A stretch of DNA of 64,000 nt from Tubiluchus corallicola (Eukaryota; Animalia; Priapulida). Positions within the stretch are counted from its first letter, which is position 1. The number at the start of each line of letters is the position of its first letter. Below are positions 60,930 through 64,000 of the stretch, in pieces. The notes beneath the pieces were generated by a model, which was not told the origin of the DNA, made no database searches, and was given only the letters and a program-made list of their open reading frames with translations. The stretch covers positions 81,074-145,073 of the forward strand of contig JAQGDQ010000548.1 in the NCBI GenBank assembly GCA_030141605.1, written 5' to 3'. A program made the translations under genes and the position numbers.

Positions 60930-63897
60930 TATTCCAGAATATTCCCTTTACTTAAGTAGCCAAAAACGAGTCTATAAGTAACTCATGTATTGCATTGCTG
61001 ATATTCTTGACCAAATATTGTCCCCATCAGGGTGTGAAATGCTGAAGAGGGGAGTACTTCGAACCTATTTTACTGGAACTTACATTACTCATGTTGGTGT
61101 GGAACAGGGATGTGGAAAACAAACGTGGATTTCATAAAGAACAAACGGATTAATTTTACAGCTGTAATCAGTCTCCCATTACTCTCCCGTAAGAGATCTG
61201 GTAATAGAGGTCATCAAATGCCGATATCCACATTTGTGCATTTTTCAATTGCCTTATTAATTATGTATCAAGAATGTGTTGTCTAGTTATTAGGTGGTAC
61301 TGCCTGGAACTCCTATAATGACGTCATCAGACCTTCGCTGATCTAAGAGATCGCTGCTGTAGGTCAAAGGTTAAGCGTACCACAGCAACGCGTCTTAACT
61401 ACCGCCGTCGCATGACATGTGGGTAAAGCAATGCCTTTTGCTGCATCAGTTCAGTAACTTCAATTATTTTCCGTGCACGTACTTAATTATGTATAGTTTG
61501 TGAGTAGATATGCAGTCTTACTAGCAGGATCTTGCTAGGGAGCAAGAAAAAGTGAACTAGGCAAGACTCTAGCTAGCTGCTAAAATGCTAAAACGGTTGC
61601 TATTACAACATAATAGGCTTCGCGTTCAAAGGATTTTTTGCTTGTTTTTAGTTTAAATCTCCCGCAATACTGTGCCGACCGCGCCGTTACGTGACGTCAT
61701 ATACGCACAATGTAAATCAGGGAAAGAAAAGGCAATGTTAAACTATCTCTCAAAAAACTCTCCATGCAAAATTATGTTACTTAGCTTTTCGCTTACCTGC
61801 TTGAAAGACTTATGTAACTAGACGAACAATTGAAAATATTTGTGCCTATTAGGTAAAATGTCATTGACTCACCTCCAGGGTGCGCCACACACTAGCCAAA
61901 AACGCATTTTCATCTTGTTGACAAGATAGTGTATTTTAAAATTTTAGTCAATTAGCAACATATGTATGCTACGAATGCTCTGATTATTTTTTACTTAAAG
62001 TTAAACTTGTTTCAAACGACCTGCAATTAAATTTGACTATGTAAACAGTGCTTCTCAAAAGTTTCTTGACTGATTATGGAAAACAGTAAAATTAATAAAT
62101 TGAACGATTTGTTTGCCTGTTTAATAAGTCTTCATTGTTCCAGCGATTGACGATGATCGTGTCAAGGTCAAAGGCTAAATGTACCAGACAATGCGTTTAT
62201 GTACTGTAGACAATACCTTGCAGCCTCTGTTGTTGATAGTAACAATTTTAACAGCTAGCTAATACCTTACCTAGTTCATTTTTTCTTGTTTTCAAGCAAA
62301 TTCTGCTTGTAAATCACTCTACACACAGACTAATGCATCATTAAGCAAATTCCACGTAAAACAACTGAAGTTACTGAACTGATGCTTTGCTTCATGAACA
62401 TGTCACGTGATGGTTGTAGTTAAGACGCGTTGCTATGGTACACGTAACCTTTAACCTGTAACAACTGCGCGTGCGCACAACGAAACTGAGAAAAGGCTTA
62501 TTTGTTCTAGACTCTTTGTTATCATTACCGTTCTGGAAAATTCTGTATCATAACAATTACTATAAAGAATGTCAGGTGTTTCGGTAAATGGTTGTCACTA
62601 AGGTACCCAGTATGAGGTACCCCACCACCAGTATGAGATACCACTACCCATGGTATGAGCACCAGCTTGTTACTTTAATCAATGTAGTCTCTTTACTTTT
62701 GCAGTTTTATGTAAGGGTGCGTTCAAACTAGTGTGTTTTCTGTCTAACTACTCGCAAATGTGAACTGCATCACGAGCAACTGCAGGCAAGTTATTGCAAA
62801 CACTCAGACAGTTCCTGTGAATTACTGTCTAGTGTGAATACCTCGGCGACGACTCTCGAGACTTCTCACAGCAAACAATTTTCTGCTCGTGTTTACTCTC
62901 AAAGAGTTACTCGCAACAAGTTTTGCTCTCTAGTCTGGAAATTATTGCAAGGCACGTGGCGCATTACTGTGTAGTGTGAACCATCAGCGAGTTACTGTCT
63001 ATTATGAACCATGGGCGAGTTACTCTCGACATTTCTCACGAGTGATTTTAGCTCGTGATTACTGTCAAAGTGATACTCACACTAGCACTCTCTAGTCTGA
63101 ACACTATTCCAAGGCATATGGCGAGTTACTGTCTAGTGTGAACCATTGGCGAGTTACTCTCAGCACTTTTCACAGCGAGTGATTTGCACTTACTGTCAAA
63201 GAGTTACTCACACAATCGCTCTCTTGTCTGGACACTATTGCAAGGCACTTGGGGAGTTTCTTGGCGAGTCTATCAGGGGAGGAGGCTCGCTAGTGTGAAC
63301 GCGCCATTACAGTGTAAGTCATAAAAGTCATTGTGAAGCTCCTATACAGCGCATTTTTTTCAAAATCATGGCCTAATTTATTGATCGTATTTATACTATG
63401 CTTGGTATGTTAATTGTTAAGTATATATGTTGCTAAGTGAAATTGTGTTAACTGCTACTGTTTAGAGGAACGTATAAAGTTCTTTACCGAATGATTATTT
63501 TTGTATTTGTCGCTTGCGAGTAACTCCATAATGCCAACTACTTCGCCGTGTTGTTGTTGTAGTTCAAGTCGTTTTCTCATTGTTAACACAATGCAGCTTA
63601 GACTAACAACGATGAATCATGAATGATCAATTAATGGCGGCTCGTAGCAAAACTTAGGGGGGGTGATGCTTCAGAAAATTTTTACCGTTGTTTTAATACT
63701 GTGTACAACGAAATAAACATACGTAATTTCATTGTTGTTATTTGTAATTGTAATTTTAAACTAATAAACAAACGAAAATTAATACACCAAAGAAGTCTTA
63801 CTGATTATGACTAGAAGCCACACGACTCACTAATTAAAACTGCAGAGAAGCAGTCACGGTGCAACACGCTTCGCTACTCGCAACGATGCACAAAAAC

Positions 63898-63936
<39 letters not shown>

Positions 63937-64000
63937 AAATCTTTATTTGCACAATACACACACACACACACACACACGCACACACACACACACACACACA

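Overview
AT-rich animal (probably invertebrate) genomic DNA, not prokaryotic. Left: a C2H2 zinc-finger gene (4.0-5.6 kb) with decayed fingers downstream and a 61-bp tandem array. Middle (about 12.8-36.4 kb): a dense, nested cluster of mobile DNA. It holds a deleted hAT carrying a CR1/L2-group LINE, a piggyBac carrying a BEL/Pao LTR element, and an intact-ORF DD41D Tc1/mariner, within two local segmental duplications. The main discovery is two distinct endogenous flavivirus-like structural-gene sequences. (1) A degraded, near-full-length envelope (E) gene at 12.8-14.25 kb with a canonical class II fusion loop (GRGWGNCCFLFGTG). (2) A younger capsid-prM-E fragment at 24.7-25.8 kb packaged between the two LTRs of a Pol-deleted BEL/Pao element, with a perfect 5-bp TSD and template-switch scars at both virus junctions. 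All recognisable TE and viral coding sequences in this block lie on the + strand, which suggests a uni-strand piRNA-cluster-like viral-memory locus (inference). Right: MITEs, microsatellites, LINE/SINE relics and a 7-exon gene for a secreted mucin-like protein (51.2-60.9 kb). All homology calls were made by eye from motifs; no database search was run.
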